NCBI RefSeq assembly: GCF_003790525.1
Contig: NZ_CP033635.1
Length of the DNA stretch: 64,000 nt
DNA from: Escherichia coli
Lineage (GTDB): Bacteria > Pseudomonadota > Gammaproteobacteria > Enterobacterales > Enterobacteriaceae
Direction: 5' to 3' (one strand)
Shown here piece by piece: positions 12,830 to 25,423 of the stretch. Within the stretch, counting starts at the first letter, position 1. Each line of letters starts with the position of its first letter. The notes beneath the pieces are model-generated. The model had not been told where the DNA came from and ran no database searches. It saw only the letters and a list, made by a program, of their open reading frames with translations. Position numbers and translations under genes: made by a program.

Positions 12830-12859
12830 TTGACAAAATGTGGCATGGATCACTATAAT
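12830..12859 (+). promoter_or_regulatory. Near-consensus sigma70 promoter upstream of metY (TTGACA-N18-TATAAT)
   Basis: TTGACA at 12830-12835 and TATAAT at 12854-12859 on + strand; a second weaker -10 TAGAAT at 12931-12936 lies closer to the tRNA. Confidence 0.5.
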
Positions 12860-12951
12860 GCCTGCAGATTTTACGTCCCGTCTCGGTACACCAAATCCCA
12901 GCAGTATTTGCATTTTTTACCCAAAACGAGTAGAATTTGCCACGTTTCAGG

Positions 12952-13028
<77 letters not shown>

Positions 13029-13152
13029 CTTTCCCTTAGAGTCCTTTTTCAAATATACTGTGAAGACTTCGGCCTTCGTAGTGGGATTTGAAAAAATCCT
13101 TCTGGAAAGTGCTCCAGACCGCAGTTGCGGTTATAGGGTTCAGTTATATAAA

Positions 13153-13177
13153 GCCCCGATTTATCGGGGTTTTTTGT
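13153..13177 (+). terminator. Rho-independent terminator/attenuator downstream of metY
   Basis: aaaGCCCCGATttATCGGGGttttttgtt; a second weaker hairpin GGGCtttaGGCCC+T7 at 13196-13217. Confidence 0.6.
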
Positions 13178-13234
13178 TATCTGACTACAGAATAACTGGG
13201 CTTTAGGCCCTTTTTTTATGTCTTGGGGGTGGGC

Positions 13235-13687
13235 TTGTCCACATTAGAGCAAAAATTAACAGAGATGATTACTGCGCCAGTTGAGGCCCTGGGTTTTGAA
13301 CTGGTTGGCATCGAATTTATTCGCGGTCGCACATCCACACTGCGCATCTATATTGATAGTGAAGATGGCATCAATGTTGATGATTGTGCTGATGTGAGCC
13401 ACCAGGTAAGTGCTGTGCTGGATGTTGAAGATCCCATCACCGTTGCTTATAACCTGGAAGTCTCCTCACCGGGTCTCGATCGCCCACTGTTCACGGCTGA
13501 ACACTACGCCCGTTTCGTCGGAGAAGAGGTGACTCTGGTTCTCCGCATGGCGGTACAAAACCGTCGTAAATGGCAGGGCGTTATCAAAGCGGTAGACGGT
13601 GAAATGATCACAGTTACCGTCGAAGGTAAAGATGAAGTGTTCGCGCTGAGTAATATCCAGAAGGCGAACCTGGTTCCCCACTTTTAA
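13235..13687 (+). CDS. rimP: Ribosome maturation factor RimP
   Basis: ORF (L/M)[31 protein letters not shown]...; no in-frame ATG, so a TTG (13235 or 13223) or GTG (13229) start is inferred; 150 aa from 13235. Confidence 0.8.
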
Positions 13688-13714
13688 TAGTCTGGATGAG
13701 GTGAAAAGCCCGCG

Positions 13715-15202
<1,488 letters not shown>

Positions 15203-15226
15203 TAAACTGTAGCAGGAAGGAACAGC

Positions 15227-17899
15227 ATGACAGATGTAACGATTAAAACGCTGGCCGCAGAGCGACAGACCTCCGTGGAACGCCTGGTACAGCAATTTGC
15301 TGATGCAGGTATCCGGAAGTCTGCTGACGACTCTGTGTCTGCACAAGAGAAACAGACTTTGATTGACCACCTGAATCAGAAAAATTCAGGCCCGGACAAA
15401 TTGACGCTGCAACGTAAAACACGCAGCACCCTTAACATTCCTGGTACCGGTGGAAAAAGCAAATCGGTACAAATCGAAGTCCGCAAGAAACGCACCTTTG
15501 TGAAACGCGATCCGCAAGAGGCTGAACGCCTTGCTGCGGAAGAGCAAGCGCAGCGTGAAGCGGAAGAGCAAGCCCGTCGTGAGGCAGAAGAATCGGCCAA
15601 ACGTGAGGCGCAACAAAAAGCTGAACGTGAGGCCGCAGAACAAGCTAAGCGTGAAGCTGCTGAACAAGCGAAACGTGAAGCTGCGGAAAAAGACAAAGTG
15701 AGCAATCAACAAGACGATATGACTAAAAACGCCCAGGCTGAAAAAGCCCGCCGTGAGCAGGAAGCTGCAGAGCTCAAGCGTAAAGCCGAAGAAGAAGCGC
15801 GTCGTAAACTCGAAGAAGAAGCACGTCGCGTTGCTGAAGAAGCACGTCGTATGGCGGAAGAAAACAAATGGACTGATAACGCGGAACCGACTGAAGATTC
15901 CAGCGATTATCACGTCACTACTTCTCAACATGCTCGCCAGGCAGAAGACGAAAGCGATCGTGAAGTCGAAGGCGGCCGTGGCCGTGGTCGTAACGCGAAA
16001 GCTGCGCGTCCGAAGAAAGGCAACAAACACGCTGAATCAAAAGCTGATCGTGAAGAAGCACGCGCAGCAGTACGTGGCGGTAAAGGCGGAAAACGTAAAG
16101 GTTCTTCGCTGCAGCAAGGCTTCCAGAAGCCTGCTCAGGCCGTTAACCGTGACGTTGTGATCGGTGAAACCATCACCGTTGGCGAACTGGCGAACAAGAT
16201 GGCGGTTAAAGGCTCTCAGGTCATCAAAGCGATGATGAAACTGGGCGCAATGGCAACCATCAACCAGGTTATCGATCAGGAAACCGCACAGCTGGTTGCT
16301 GAAGAGATGGGCCACAAAGTTATCCTGCGTCGTGAAAACGAGCTGGAAGAAGCGGTAATGAGCGACCGTGACACGGGTGCAGCGGCTGAACCGCGCGCGC
16401 CGGTTGTGACCATCATGGGTCACGTTGACCACGGTAAAACCTCTCTGCTGGACTACATTCGTTCAACGAAAGTGGCCTCTGGCGAAGCGGGCGGCATTAC
16501 CCAGCACATTGGTGCATACCACGTTGAAACTGAAAACGGCATGATCACCTTCCTGGACACCCCGGGGCACGCCGCGTTTACTTCAATGCGTGCTCGTGGT
16601 GCGCAGGCAACGGACATCGTAGTCCTGGTTGTTGCTGCCGACGACGGCGTAATGCCGCAGACCATCGAAGCAATCCAGCACGCGAAAGCGGCGCAGGTTC
16701 CGGTGGTCGTTGCAGTGAACAAGATCGATAAACCAGAAGCCGATCCGGATCGCGTTAAGAACGAACTCTCCCAGTACGGCATCCTGCCGGAAGAGTGGGG
16801 CGGTGAAAGCCAGTTCGTACATGTGTCTGCGAAAGCGGGTACTGGTATCGATGAGCTGCTGGACGCTATCCTGCTGCAGGCGGAAGTTCTGGAACTGAAA
16901 GCGGTACGTAAAGGCATGGCGAGCGGTGCGGTTATCGAATCCTTCCTCGATAAAGGTCGTGGTCCGGTTGCTACCGTTCTGGTACGTGAAGGTACTCTGC
17001 ACAAGGGCGATATCGTTCTGTGTGGCTTCGAATACGGTCGTGTTCGTGCTATGCGTAACGAACTGGGTCGGGAAGTGCTGGAAGCGGGTCCGTCCATTCC
17101 GGTGGAAATCCTCGGCCTGTCCGGCGTTCCGGCTGCGGGTGATGAAGTTACCGTTGTACGTGACGAGAAGAAAGCGCGTGAAGTTGCACTCTATCGTCAG
17201 GGTAAATTCCGCGAAGTTAAACTGGCGCGTCAGCAGAAATCTAAACTCGAGAACATGTTCGCCAACATGACCGAAGGCGAAGTTCACGAAGTGAATATCG
17301 TCCTGAAGGCAGACGTACAGGGTTCTGTGGAAGCTATCTCCGACTCCTTGCTGAAACTGTCTACTGACGAAGTTAAAGTGAAGATCATCGGTTCTGGCGT
17401 AGGTGGTATCACCGAAACCGACGCTACCCTGGCTGCGGCGTCCAACGCCATCCTGGTTGGCTTCAACGTACGTGCTGATGCCTCTGCACGTAAAGTAATT
17501 GAAGCGGAAAGCCTGGATCTGCGTTACTACTCCGTCATCTATAACCTGATCGACGAAGTGAAAGCGGCAATGAGCGGTATGCTGTCTCCGGAACTGAAAC
17601 AACAGATTATCGGTCTGGCGGAAGTTCGTGACGTATTCAAATCACCGAAATTTGGTGCCATCGCAGGTTGTATGGTTACCGAAGGTGTGGTTAAACGTCA
17701 CAACCCGATCCGCGTTCTGCGCGACAACGTGGTTATCTACGAAGGCGAGCTGGAGTCCCTGCGCCGCTTCAAAGATGACGTTAACGAAGTCCGTAACGGT
17801 ATGGAATGTGGTATCGGCGTTAAGAACTACAACGACGTCCGCACTGGCGATGTGATCGAAGTATTCGAAATCATCGAAATCCAACGTACCATCGCTTAA
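15227..17899 (+). CDS. infB: Translation initiation factor IF-2
   Basis: 890-aa [35 protein letters not shown]..., G-domain [12 protein letters not shown]; in-frame internal starts GTG 15698 (codon 158) and ATG 15719 (codon 165). Confidence 0.95.
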   Translation: MTDVTIKTLAAERQTSVERLVQQFADAGIRKSADDSVSAQEKQTLIDHLNQKNSGPDKLTLQRKTRSTLNIPGTGGKSKSVQIEVRKKRTFVKRDPQEAERLAAEEQAQREAEEQARREAEESAKREAQQKAEREAAEQAKREAAEQAKREAAEKDKVSNQQDDMTKNAQAEKARREQEAAELKRKAEEEARRKLEEEARRVAEEARRMAEENKWTDNAEPTEDSSDYHVTTSQHARQAEDESDREVEGGRGRGRNAKAARPKKGNKHAESKADREEARAAVRGGKGGKRKGSSLQQGFQKPAQAVNRDVVIGETITVGELANKMAVKGSQVIKAMMKLGAMATINQVIDQETAQLVAEEMGHKVILRRENELEEAVMSDRDTGAAAEPRAPVVTIMGHVDHGKTSLLDYIRSTKVASGEAGGITQHIGAYHVETENGMITFLDTPGHAAFTSMRARGAQATDIVVLVVAADDGVMPQTIEAIQHAKAAQVPVVVAVNKIDKPEADPDRVKNELSQYGILPEEWGGESQFVHVSAKAGTGIDELLDAILLQAEVLELKAVRKGMASGAVIESFLDKGRGPVATVLVREGTLHKGDIVLCGFEYGRVRAMRNELGREVLEAGPSIPVEILGLSGVPAAGDEVTVVRDEKKAREVALYRQGKFREVKLARQQKSKLENMFANMTEGEVHEVNIVLKADVQGSVEAISDSLLKLSTDEVKVKIIGSGVGGITETDATLAAASNAILVGFNVRADASARKVIEAESLDLRYYSVIYNLIDEVKAAMSGMLSPELKQQIIGLAEVRDVFKSPKFGAIAGCMVTEGVVKRHNPIRVLRDNVVIYEGELESLRRFKDDVNEVRNGMECGIGVKNYNDVRTGDVIEVFEIIEIQRTIA

Positions 17900-17914
17900 G
17901 GTTTTTAGGGTTCC

Positions 17915-17988
17915 ATGCGGGATAAGGCGTTTACGCCGCATCCGGCATGGATTGCCTGATGCGACGCTGGCGCGTCTTATCAGGCCAA
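17915..17988. repeat. REP/BIME element (two inverted REP palindromes) in infB-rbfA spacer
   Basis: GCGGGATAAGGCGTTTACGCCGCATCCGGC followed by GCCTGATGCGACGCTGGCGCGTCTTATCAGGCC. Confidence 0.7.
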
Positions 17989-18020
17989 CGTGAACAGCCC
18001 TTCCACCTGAAATTAATTTT

Positions 18021-18047
18021 AAAAAGGGGCTAACAGCCCCTTTTTTG
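18021..18047 (+). terminator. Hairpin plus T-run upstream of rbfA (partial terminator within operon)
   Basis: aaaaaGGGGCtaacaGCCCCttttttg. Confidence 0.5.
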
Positions 18048-18062
18048 TCAGGAGAATTTATT

Positions 18063-18464
18063 ATGGCGAAAGAATTTGGTCGCCCGCAGCGCGTAGCGCA
18101 GGAAATGCAAAAAGAGATCGCTCTCATCCTGCAGCGTGAAATTAAAGATCCTCGTCTGGGCATGATGACCACCGTTTCCGGTGTCGAAATGTCTCGTGAC
18201 CTGGCGTATGCCAAAGTATATGTGACGTTCCTCAACGACAAAGATGAAGACGCGGTTAAAGCGGGCATCAAAGCGTTGCAGGAAGCTTCTGGTTTCATCC
18301 GCAGCCTGCTGGGGAAAGCGATGCGCCTGCGTATCGTGCCGGAACTGACCTTCTTCTACGACAACTCGCTGGTTGAAGGGATGCGCATGTCAAACCTGGT
18401 GACCAGCGTGGTCAAACATGACGAAGAACGTCGTGTTAACCCGGACGACAGCAAGGAGGACTAA
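18063..18464 (+). CDS. rbfA: Ribosome-binding factor A
   Basis: ORF from ATG 18063 [33 protein letters not shown]..., 133 aa; SD AGGAG 18051-18055. Confidence 0.9.
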
Positions 18465-19408
18465 TGAGTCGTCCTCGTCGTCGCGGTCGCGACATTAACG
18501 GCGTTTTGTTGCTGGATAAACCGCAGGGGATGTCCAGCAACGATGCGCTGCAAAAAGTGAAACGGATTTATAACGCCAACCGTGCCGGGCATACCGGTGC
18601 GCTGGACCCGCTGGCGACCGGCATGTTGCCGATTTGCCTCGGGGAAGCGACGAAGTTTTCCCAGTATCTGCTGGACTCCGACAAACGCTATCGGGTCATT
18701 GCGCGTCTTGGACAGCGTACCGATACGTCTGATGCCGACGGACAAATCGTTGAAGAACGTCCGGTAACCTTTAGTGCAGAGCAACTGGCGGCGGCACTGG
18801 ATACTTTCCGTGGCGATATCGAACAGATCCCTTCGATGTATTCAGCACTGAAATACCAGGGCAAAAAACTGTACGAATATGCGCGTCAGGGCATTGAAGT
18901 TCCGCGTGAAGCGCGCCCGATTACCGTTTATGAATTGCTGTTTATTCGCCACGAAGGCAATGAGCTGGAGCTGGAAATTCACTGCTCAAAAGGCACTTAT
19001 ATCCGCACCATCATTGATGACCTGGGTGAAAAACTCGGTTGTGGCGCGCATGTTATTTACCTGCGTCGTCTGGCGGTAAGTAAATATCCGGTTGAACGGA
19101 TGGTGACCCTGGAACATCTGCGTGAACTGGTTGAACAAGCCGAACAGCAGGATATTCCAGCCGCGGAGTTACTTGATCCATTACTGATGCCAATGGACAG
19201 TCCAGCTTCGGACTACCCGGTGGTGAATCTTCCGTTAACGTCTTCTGTTTACTTCAAAAATGGTAACCCGGTTCGTACATCCGGTGCGCCGCTGGAAGGA
19301 CTGGTTCGCGTTACAGAAGGTGAGAACGGCAAGTTTATCGGTATGGGCGAAATTGACGATGAAGGCCGCGTCGCGCCTCGTCGCCTGGTGGTTGAATACC
19401 CGGCGTAA
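18464..19408 (+). CDS. truB: tRNA pseudouridine(55) synthase
   Basis: 314-aa [56 protein letters not shown]...; start overlaps rbfA stop (TAATG). Confidence 0.95.
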
Positions 19409-19419
19409 TGTTAACCGTC

Positions 19420-19448
19420 TTGCGATAACAGGTCGCTACGAGTAGAAT
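19420..19448 (+). promoter_or_regulatory. Candidate rpsO promoter
   Basis: TTGCGA-N17-TAGAAT on + strand about 110 nt upstream of rpsO ATG. Confidence 0.4.
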
Positions 19449-19460
19449 ACTGCCGCTTAA

Positions 19461-19826
<366 letters not shown>

Positions 19827-19842
19827 TTCTTGCGAGTTTCAG

Positions 19843-19872
19843 AAAAGGGGGCCTGAGTGGCCCCTTTTTTCA
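19843..19872 (+). terminator. rpsO rho-independent terminator
   Basis: aaaaGGGGGCCtgagtGGCCCCtttttt. Confidence 0.75.
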
Positions 19873-20072
19873 AGCTGACGGCAGCAATTCACTGGAAACT
19901 AATGTATTGTTGCTATGAATGATCTTCCGTTGCAGAGGTTCGCGCGGCTAATGAGAGGCTTTACCCACATTGGGCTGGGTTAGGGTTGTCATTAGTCGCG
20001 AGGATGCGCAGAAGATCGGGTATTAACACCAGTGCCGTAAGGTACTGTCTAAGAAAGAGAAAGGATATTACA
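19873..20072 (+). promoter_or_regulatory. pnp 5' leader/promoter region (site of RNase III-dependent autoregulation in E. coli)
   Basis: 200-nt untranslated spacer between rpsO terminator and pnp UUG start; assignment of function is from established knowledge, exact processing site not mapped here. Confidence 0.45.
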
Positions 20073-22208
20073 TTGCTTAATCCGATCGTTCGTAAATTCC
20101 AGTACGGCCAACACACCGTGACTCTGGAAACCGGCATGATGGCTCGTCAGGCTACTGCCGCTGTTATGGTTAGCATGGATGACACCGCGGTATTCGTTAC
20201 CGTTGTTGGCCAGAAAAAAGCCAAACCAGGTCAGGACTTCTTCCCACTGACCGTTAACTATCAGGAGCGTACCTACGCTGCTGGTCGTATCCCGGGTAGC
20301 TTCTTCCGTCGTGAAGGCCGCCCAAGCGAAGGCGAAACCCTGATCGCGCGTCTGATTGACCGCCCGATTCGCCCGCTGTTCCCGGAAGGCTTCGTCAACG
20401 AAGTTCAGGTTATCGCCACCGTGGTTTCTGTTAACCCGCAAGTTAACCCGGATATCGTCGCGATGATTGGTGCTTCCGCAGCACTGTCTCTGTCTGGTAT
20501 TCCGTTCAATGGTCCGATTGGTGCTGCCCGCGTAGGTTACATCAATGACCAGTACGTACTGAACCCGACTCAGGACGAGCTGAAAGAGAGCAAACTGGAT
20601 CTGGTTGTTGCGGGTACTGAAGCCGCTGTACTGATGGTTGAATCTGAAGCTGAACTGCTGAGCGAAGACCAGATGTTGGGCGCAGTAGTGTTTGGTCATG
20701 AACAACAGCAGGTTGTCATTCAGAACATCAATGAACTGGTGAAAGAAGCCGGTAAACCGCGTTGGGACTGGCAGCCGGAGCCGGTAAACGAAGCGCTGAA
20801 CGCGCGCGTTGCTGCACTGGCTGAAGCTCGTCTGAGCGATGCTTACCGCATCACCGACAAACAAGAGCGTTATGCGCAGGTTGATGTCATCAAATCTGAA
20901 ACCATCGCGACGCTGCTTGCTGAAGATGAAACCCTGGACGAAAACGAACTGGGTGAAATTCTGCACGCTATCGAGAAAAACGTTGTTCGTAGCCGCGTAC
21001 TGGCAGGCGAACCGCGTATCGACGGTCGTGAAAAAGATATGATTCGTGGTCTGGATGTGCGTACTGGCGTGCTGCCGCGTACTCACGGTTCTGCGCTGTT
21101 CACCCGTGGTGAAACTCAGGCGCTGGTTACCGCAACGCTGGGTACTGCACGTGACGCGCAGGTTCTTGATGAACTGATGGGCGAACGTACTGACACCTTC
21201 CTGTTCCACTACAACTTCCCTCCGTACTCCGTAGGCGAAACCGGCATGGTCGGTTCTCCGAAGCGTCGTGAAATTGGTCACGGTCGTCTGGCGAAGCGCG
21301 GCGTGCTGGCAGTCATGCCGGATATGGACAAATTCCCGTACACCGTACGTGTGGTGTCTGAAATCACCGAATCCAACGGTTCTTCTTCTATGGCTTCCGT
21401 GTGCGGCGCGTCTCTGGCGCTGATGGACGCAGGTGTGCCAATCAAAGCTGCCGTTGCGGGTATCGCAATGGGTCTGGTGAAAGAAGGCGACAACTACGTT
21501 GTACTGTCTGACATTTTGGGCGACGAAGATCACCTGGGCGATATGGACTTCAAAGTTGCGGGTTCCCGCGACGGTATCTCTGCATTGCAGATGGATATCA
21601 AAATTGAAGGTATCACCAAAGAGATCATGCAGGTTGCACTGAACCAAGCTAAAGGTGCGCGTCTGCATATCCTGGGCGTAATGGAACAGGCGATCAACGC
21701 GCCGCGCGGCGATATCTCTGAGTTCGCTCCGCGTATCCATACCATCAAGATCAACCCGGACAAGATCAAAGACGTTATCGGTAAAGGCGGTTCTGTTATC
21801 CGTGCTCTGACCGAAGAAACTGGCACCACCATCGAAATCGAAGATGACGGTACTGTGAAAATCGCAGCGACCGACGGCGAGAAAGCGAAACATGCTATTC
21901 GTCGTATCGAAGAGATCACAGCAGAAATCGAAGTGGGCCGCGTCTACAATGGTAAAGTGACCCGTATCGTTGACTTTGGCGCATTTGTTGCCATCGGCGG
22001 CGGTAAAGAAGGTCTGGTACACATCTCTCAGATCGCTGACAAACGCGTTGAGAAAGTGACCGATTACCTGCAGATGGGTCAGGAAGTACCGGTGAAAGTT
22101 CTGGAAGTTGATCGCCAGGGCCGTATCCGTCTGAGCATTAAAGAAGCGACTGAGCAGTCTCAACCTGCTGCAGCACCGGAAGCTCCGGCTGCTGAACAGG
22201 GCGAGTAA
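20073..22208 (+). CDS. pnp: Polynucleotide phosphorylase (PNPase)
   Basis: ORF (M)[30 protein letters not shown]..., C-terminal KH and S1 domains; 711 aa from TTG start at 20073 (SD AAGGA 8 nt upstream); ORF-track start 19986 is an upstream in-frame ATG. Confidence 0.9.
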   Translation: MLNPIVRKFQYGQHTVTLETGMMARQATAAVMVSMDDTAVFVTVVGQKKAKPGQDFFPLTVNYQERTYAAGRIPGSFFRREGRPSEGETLIARLIDRPIRPLFPEGFVNEVQVIATVVSVNPQVNPDIVAMIGASAALSLSGIPFNGPIGAARVGYINDQYVLNPTQDELKESKLDLVVAGTEAAVLMVESEAELLSEDQMLGAVVFGHEQQQVVIQNINELVKEAGKPRWDWQPEPVNEALNARVAALAEARLSDAYRITDKQERYAQVDVIKSETIATLLAEDETLDENELGEILHAIEKNVVRSRVLAGEPRIDGREKDMIRGLDVRTGVLPRTHGSALFTRGETQALVTATLGTARDAQVLDELMGERTDTFLFHYNFPPYSVGETGMVGSPKRREIGHGRLAKRGVLAVMPDMDKFPYTVRVVSEITESNGSSSMASVCGASLALMDAGVPIKAAVAGIAMGLVKEGDNYVVLSDILGDEDHLGDMDFKVAGSRDGISALQMDIKIEGITKEIMQVALNQAKGARLHILGVMEQAINAPRGDISEFAPRIHTIKINPDKIKDVIGKGGSVIRALTEETGTTIEIEDDGTVKIAATDGEKAKHAIRRIEEITAEIEVGRVYNGKVTRIVDFGAFVAIGGGKEGLVHISQIADKRVEKVTDYLQMGQEVPVKVLEVDRQGRIRLSIKEATEQSQPAAAPEAPAAEQGE

Positions 22209-22217
22209 GGTTGCCAT

Positions 22218-22246
22218 TTGCCCTCCGCTGCGGCGGGGGGCTTTTA
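22218..22246 (+). terminator. Terminator-like GC-rich hairpin after pnp
   Basis: GCCCTCCGCtgcGGCGGGGGGCtttt. Confidence 0.4.
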
Positions 22247-22316
22247 ACCGGGCAGGACGCCTTGTTAGCAACCGGGAACAGGACGTTCATTCAACCGTGG
22301 TCTTCGGGAGTGGGAA

Positions 22317-23201
22317 ATGAAGCCTTTTTTGCGCTGGTGTTTCGTTGCGACAGCACTTACGCTTGCAGGATGCAGTAATACTTCCTGGCGTAAAAGTGAA
22401 GTCCTCGCGGTACCATTGCAACCGACTTTACAGCAGGAAGTGATTCTGGCACGTATGGAACAAATCCTTGCCAGTCGGGCTTTAACCGATGACGAACGCG
22501 CACAGCTTTTATATGAGCGCGGAGTGTTGTATGATAGTCTCGGTCTGAGGGCATTAGCGCGTAACGATTTTTCGCAAGCGCTGGCAATCCGACCGGATAT
22601 GCCTGAAGTATTCAATTACTTAGGCATATATTTAACGCAGGCAGGCAATTTTGATGCTGCCTATGAAGCGTTTGATTCTGTACTTGAGCTTGATCCAACT
22701 TACAACTACGCGCACTTGAATCGCGGGATCGCATTATATTACGGCGGTCGTGACAAGTTAGCGCAAGATGATCTGCTGGCGTTTTATCAAGACGATCCTA
22801 ATGATCCTTTCCGTAGTCTGTGGCTTTATCTCGCCGAGCAGAAGCTCGATGAGAAGCAGGCTAAAGAAGTGTTGAAACAGCACTTCGAAAAATCGGATAA
22901 GGAACAGTGGGGATGGAACATTGTCGAGTTCTACCTGGGCAACATTAGCGAACAAACGTTAATGGAAAGGCTCAAGGCGGACGCAACGGATAACACCTCG
23001 CTCGCTGAGCATCTCAGTGAAACCAACTTCTATTTAGGTAAGTACTACCTAAGTCTGGGGGATTTGGACAGCGCCACGGCACTGTTCAAACTGGCGGTTG
23101 CCAACAACGTTCATAACTTTGTTGAGCACCGATACGCATTGTTGGAATTATCGCTCCTGGGCCAGGACCAAGATGACCTGGCAGAATCGGACCAGCAATA
23201 G
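22317..23201 (+). CDS. nlpI: Lipoprotein NlpI (TPR repeats)
   Basis: 294-aa ORF with lipobox LTLAGCSN and TPR-like repeats. Confidence 0.95.
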
Positions 23202-23307
23202 CTGACGTACACATCAGCCCGTAATCTTTTTTGATTGCCATCACCTTAACGGGTGAGGGCGTTGTTGTTCGTTAATACACCTACTTTGAGCCGGTTCACA
23301 CTTTTCA

Positions 23308-23388
23308 ATGAAAATTGCTGATCAATTTCATGATGAGTTATGTAGACTGGCCGCCATTAATTTTGAGGCACACGTACTACATGGCTGA
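23308..23388 (+). CDS. yrbN: Small protein YrbN (26 aa) in deaD leader
   Basis: ATG 23308 ... TGA 23386-23388 encodes [26 protein letters not shown]; its stop overlaps the deaD start (ATGGCTGA). Below the ORF-track size cutoff. Confidence 0.7.
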
Positions 23389-25270
23389 ATTCGAAACCAC
23401 TTTTGCAGATCTGGGCCTGAAGGCTCCTATCCTTGAAGCCCTTAACGATCTGGGTTACGAAAAACCATCTCCAATTCAGGCAGAGTGTATTCCACATCTG
23501 CTGAATGGCCGCGACGTTCTGGGTATGGCCCAGACGGGGAGCGGAAAAACTGCAGCATTCTCTTTACCTCTGCTGCAGAATCTTGATCCTGAGCTGAAAG
23601 CACCACAGATTCTGGTGCTGGCACCGACCCGCGAACTGGCGGTACAGGTTGCTGAGGCAATGACGGATTTCTCTAAACACATGCGCGGCGTAAACGTGGT
23701 TGCCCTGTACGGCGGCCAGCGTTATGACGTGCAATTACGTGCCCTGCGTCAGGGGCCGCAGATCGTTGTCGGTACTCCGGGCCGTCTGCTGGATCACCTG
23801 AAACGTGGCACTCTGGACCTTTCTAAACTGAGCGGTCTGGTTCTGGATGAAGCTGACGAAATGCTGCGCATGGGCTTCATCGAAGACGTTGAAACTATTA
23901 TGGCGCAGATCCCGGAAGGTCATCAGACCGCTCTGTTCTCTGCAACCATGCCGGAAGCGATTCGTCGCATTACCCGCCGCTTTATGAAAGAGCCGCAGGA
24001 AGTGCGCATTCAGTCCAGCGTGACTACCCGTCCTGACATCAGCCAGAGCTACTGGACTGTCTGGGGTATGCGTAAAAACGAAGCACTGGTACGTTTCCTG
24101 GAAGCGGAAGATTTTGATGCGGCGATTATCTTCGTTCGTACCAAAAACGCGACTCTGGAAGTGGCAGAAGCCCTTGAGCGTAACGGCTACAACAGCGCCG
24201 CGCTGAACGGTGACATGAACCAGGCGCTGCGTGAGCAGACACTGGAACGACTGAAAGATGGTCGTCTGGACATCCTGATTGCGACCGACGTTGCGGCCCG
24301 TGGCCTGGACGTTGAGCGTATCAGCCTGGTAGTTAACTACGATATCCCGATGGATTCTGAGTCTTACGTTCACCGTATCGGTCGTACTGGTCGTGCGGGC
24401 CGTGCTGGCCGTGCGCTGCTGTTCGTTGAGAACCGTGAGCGTCGTCTGCTGCGTAACATTGAACGCACCATGAAGCTGACCATTCCGGAAGTTGAACTGC
24501 CGAACGCAGAACTGCTGGGCAAACGTCGTCTGGAAAAATTCGCCGCTAAAGTACAGCAGCAGCTGGAAAGCAGCGATCTGGATCAATACCGTGCACTGCT
24601 GAGCAAAATTCAGCCGACGGCAGAAGGTGAAGAGCTGGATCTCGAAACTCTGGCCGCCGCACTGCTGAAAATGGCACAGGGTGAACGTACTCTGATTGTT
24701 CCGCCAGATGCGCCGATGCGTCCGAAACGTGAATTCCGTGACCGTGATGACCGTGGTCCGCGCGATCGTAACGACCGTGGCCCGCGTGGTGACCGTGAAG
24801 ATCGTCCGCGTCGTGAACGTCGTGATGTTGGCGATATGCAGCTGTACCGCATTGAAGTGGGCCGCGATGATGGTGTTGAAGTTCGTCATATCGTTGGTGC
24901 GATTGCTAACGAAGGCGACATCAGCAGCCGTTACATCGGTAACATCAAGCTGTTTGCTTCTCACTCCACCATCGAACTGCCGAAAGGTATGCCGGGTGAA
25001 GTGCTGCAACACTTTACGCGTACTCGCATTCTCAACAAGCCGATGAATATGCAGTTACTGGGCGATGCACAGCCGCATACTGGCGGTGAGCGTCGTGGCG
25101 GTGGTCGTGGTTTCGGTGGCGAACGTCGTGAAGGCGGTCGTAACTTCAGCGGTGAACGCCGTGAAGGTGGCCGTGGTGATGGTCGTCGTTTTAGCGGCGA
25201 ACGTCGTGAAGGCCGCGCACCGCGTCGTGATGACTCTACCGGTCGTCGTCGTTTCGGTGGCGATGCGTAA
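23381..25270 (+). CDS. deaD: DEAD-box ATP-dependent RNA helicase DeaD/CsdA
   Basis: ORF from ATG 23381 [33 protein letters not shown]..., motifs [24 protein letters not shown]-rich C-terminal tail; 629 aa. Confidence 0.95.
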
Positions 25271-25294
25271 TCATCGCTGAACAGCGAATACAGT

Positions 25295-25312
25295 CTGTAA
25301 AATAATATATAC
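25295..25312. promoter_or_regulatory. Putative TyrR box upstream of mtr
   Basis: TGTAAAataataTATACA matches TGTAAA-N6-TTTACA in 11 of 12 positions. Confidence 0.45.
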
Positions 25313-25345
25313 AGCCCCGATTTTAATAATCGGGGCTTTTTTTCT
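25312..25345 (+). terminator. deaD rho-independent terminator
   Basis: aGCCCCGAttttaataaTCGGGGCttttttt. Confidence 0.7.
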
Positions 25346-25351
25346 GTCTTT

Positions 25352-25373
25352 TGTACTCATGTACTGGTACAGT
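25352..25373. promoter_or_regulatory. Putative TrpR operator in mtr promoter
   Basis: TGTACTCATGTACTGGTACAGT contains three GTAC(T) repeats resembling trp operator half-sites, about 50 nt upstream of mtr ATG. Confidence 0.4.
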
Positions 25374-25423
25374 GCAATGCATAACAACGCAGTCGCACTA
25401 TTTTTCACTGGAGAGAAGCCCTC

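Noticed and set aside
20049-22271. 740-aa ORF on the minus strand exactly antisense to pnp; similar long antisense ORFs at 4534-6021 (ftsH), 13901-15370 (nusA), 16583-17602 (infB), 23735-25012 (deaD) and 63352-63753 (tdcC)
   Set aside because: Each lies entirely within a well-supported highly conserved gene on the other strand. The translations are low-complexity, rich in R, F, T, Q, N and C, with no recognisable motifs. Stop-poor antisense frames are a common artefact of codon bias in highly expressed genes.
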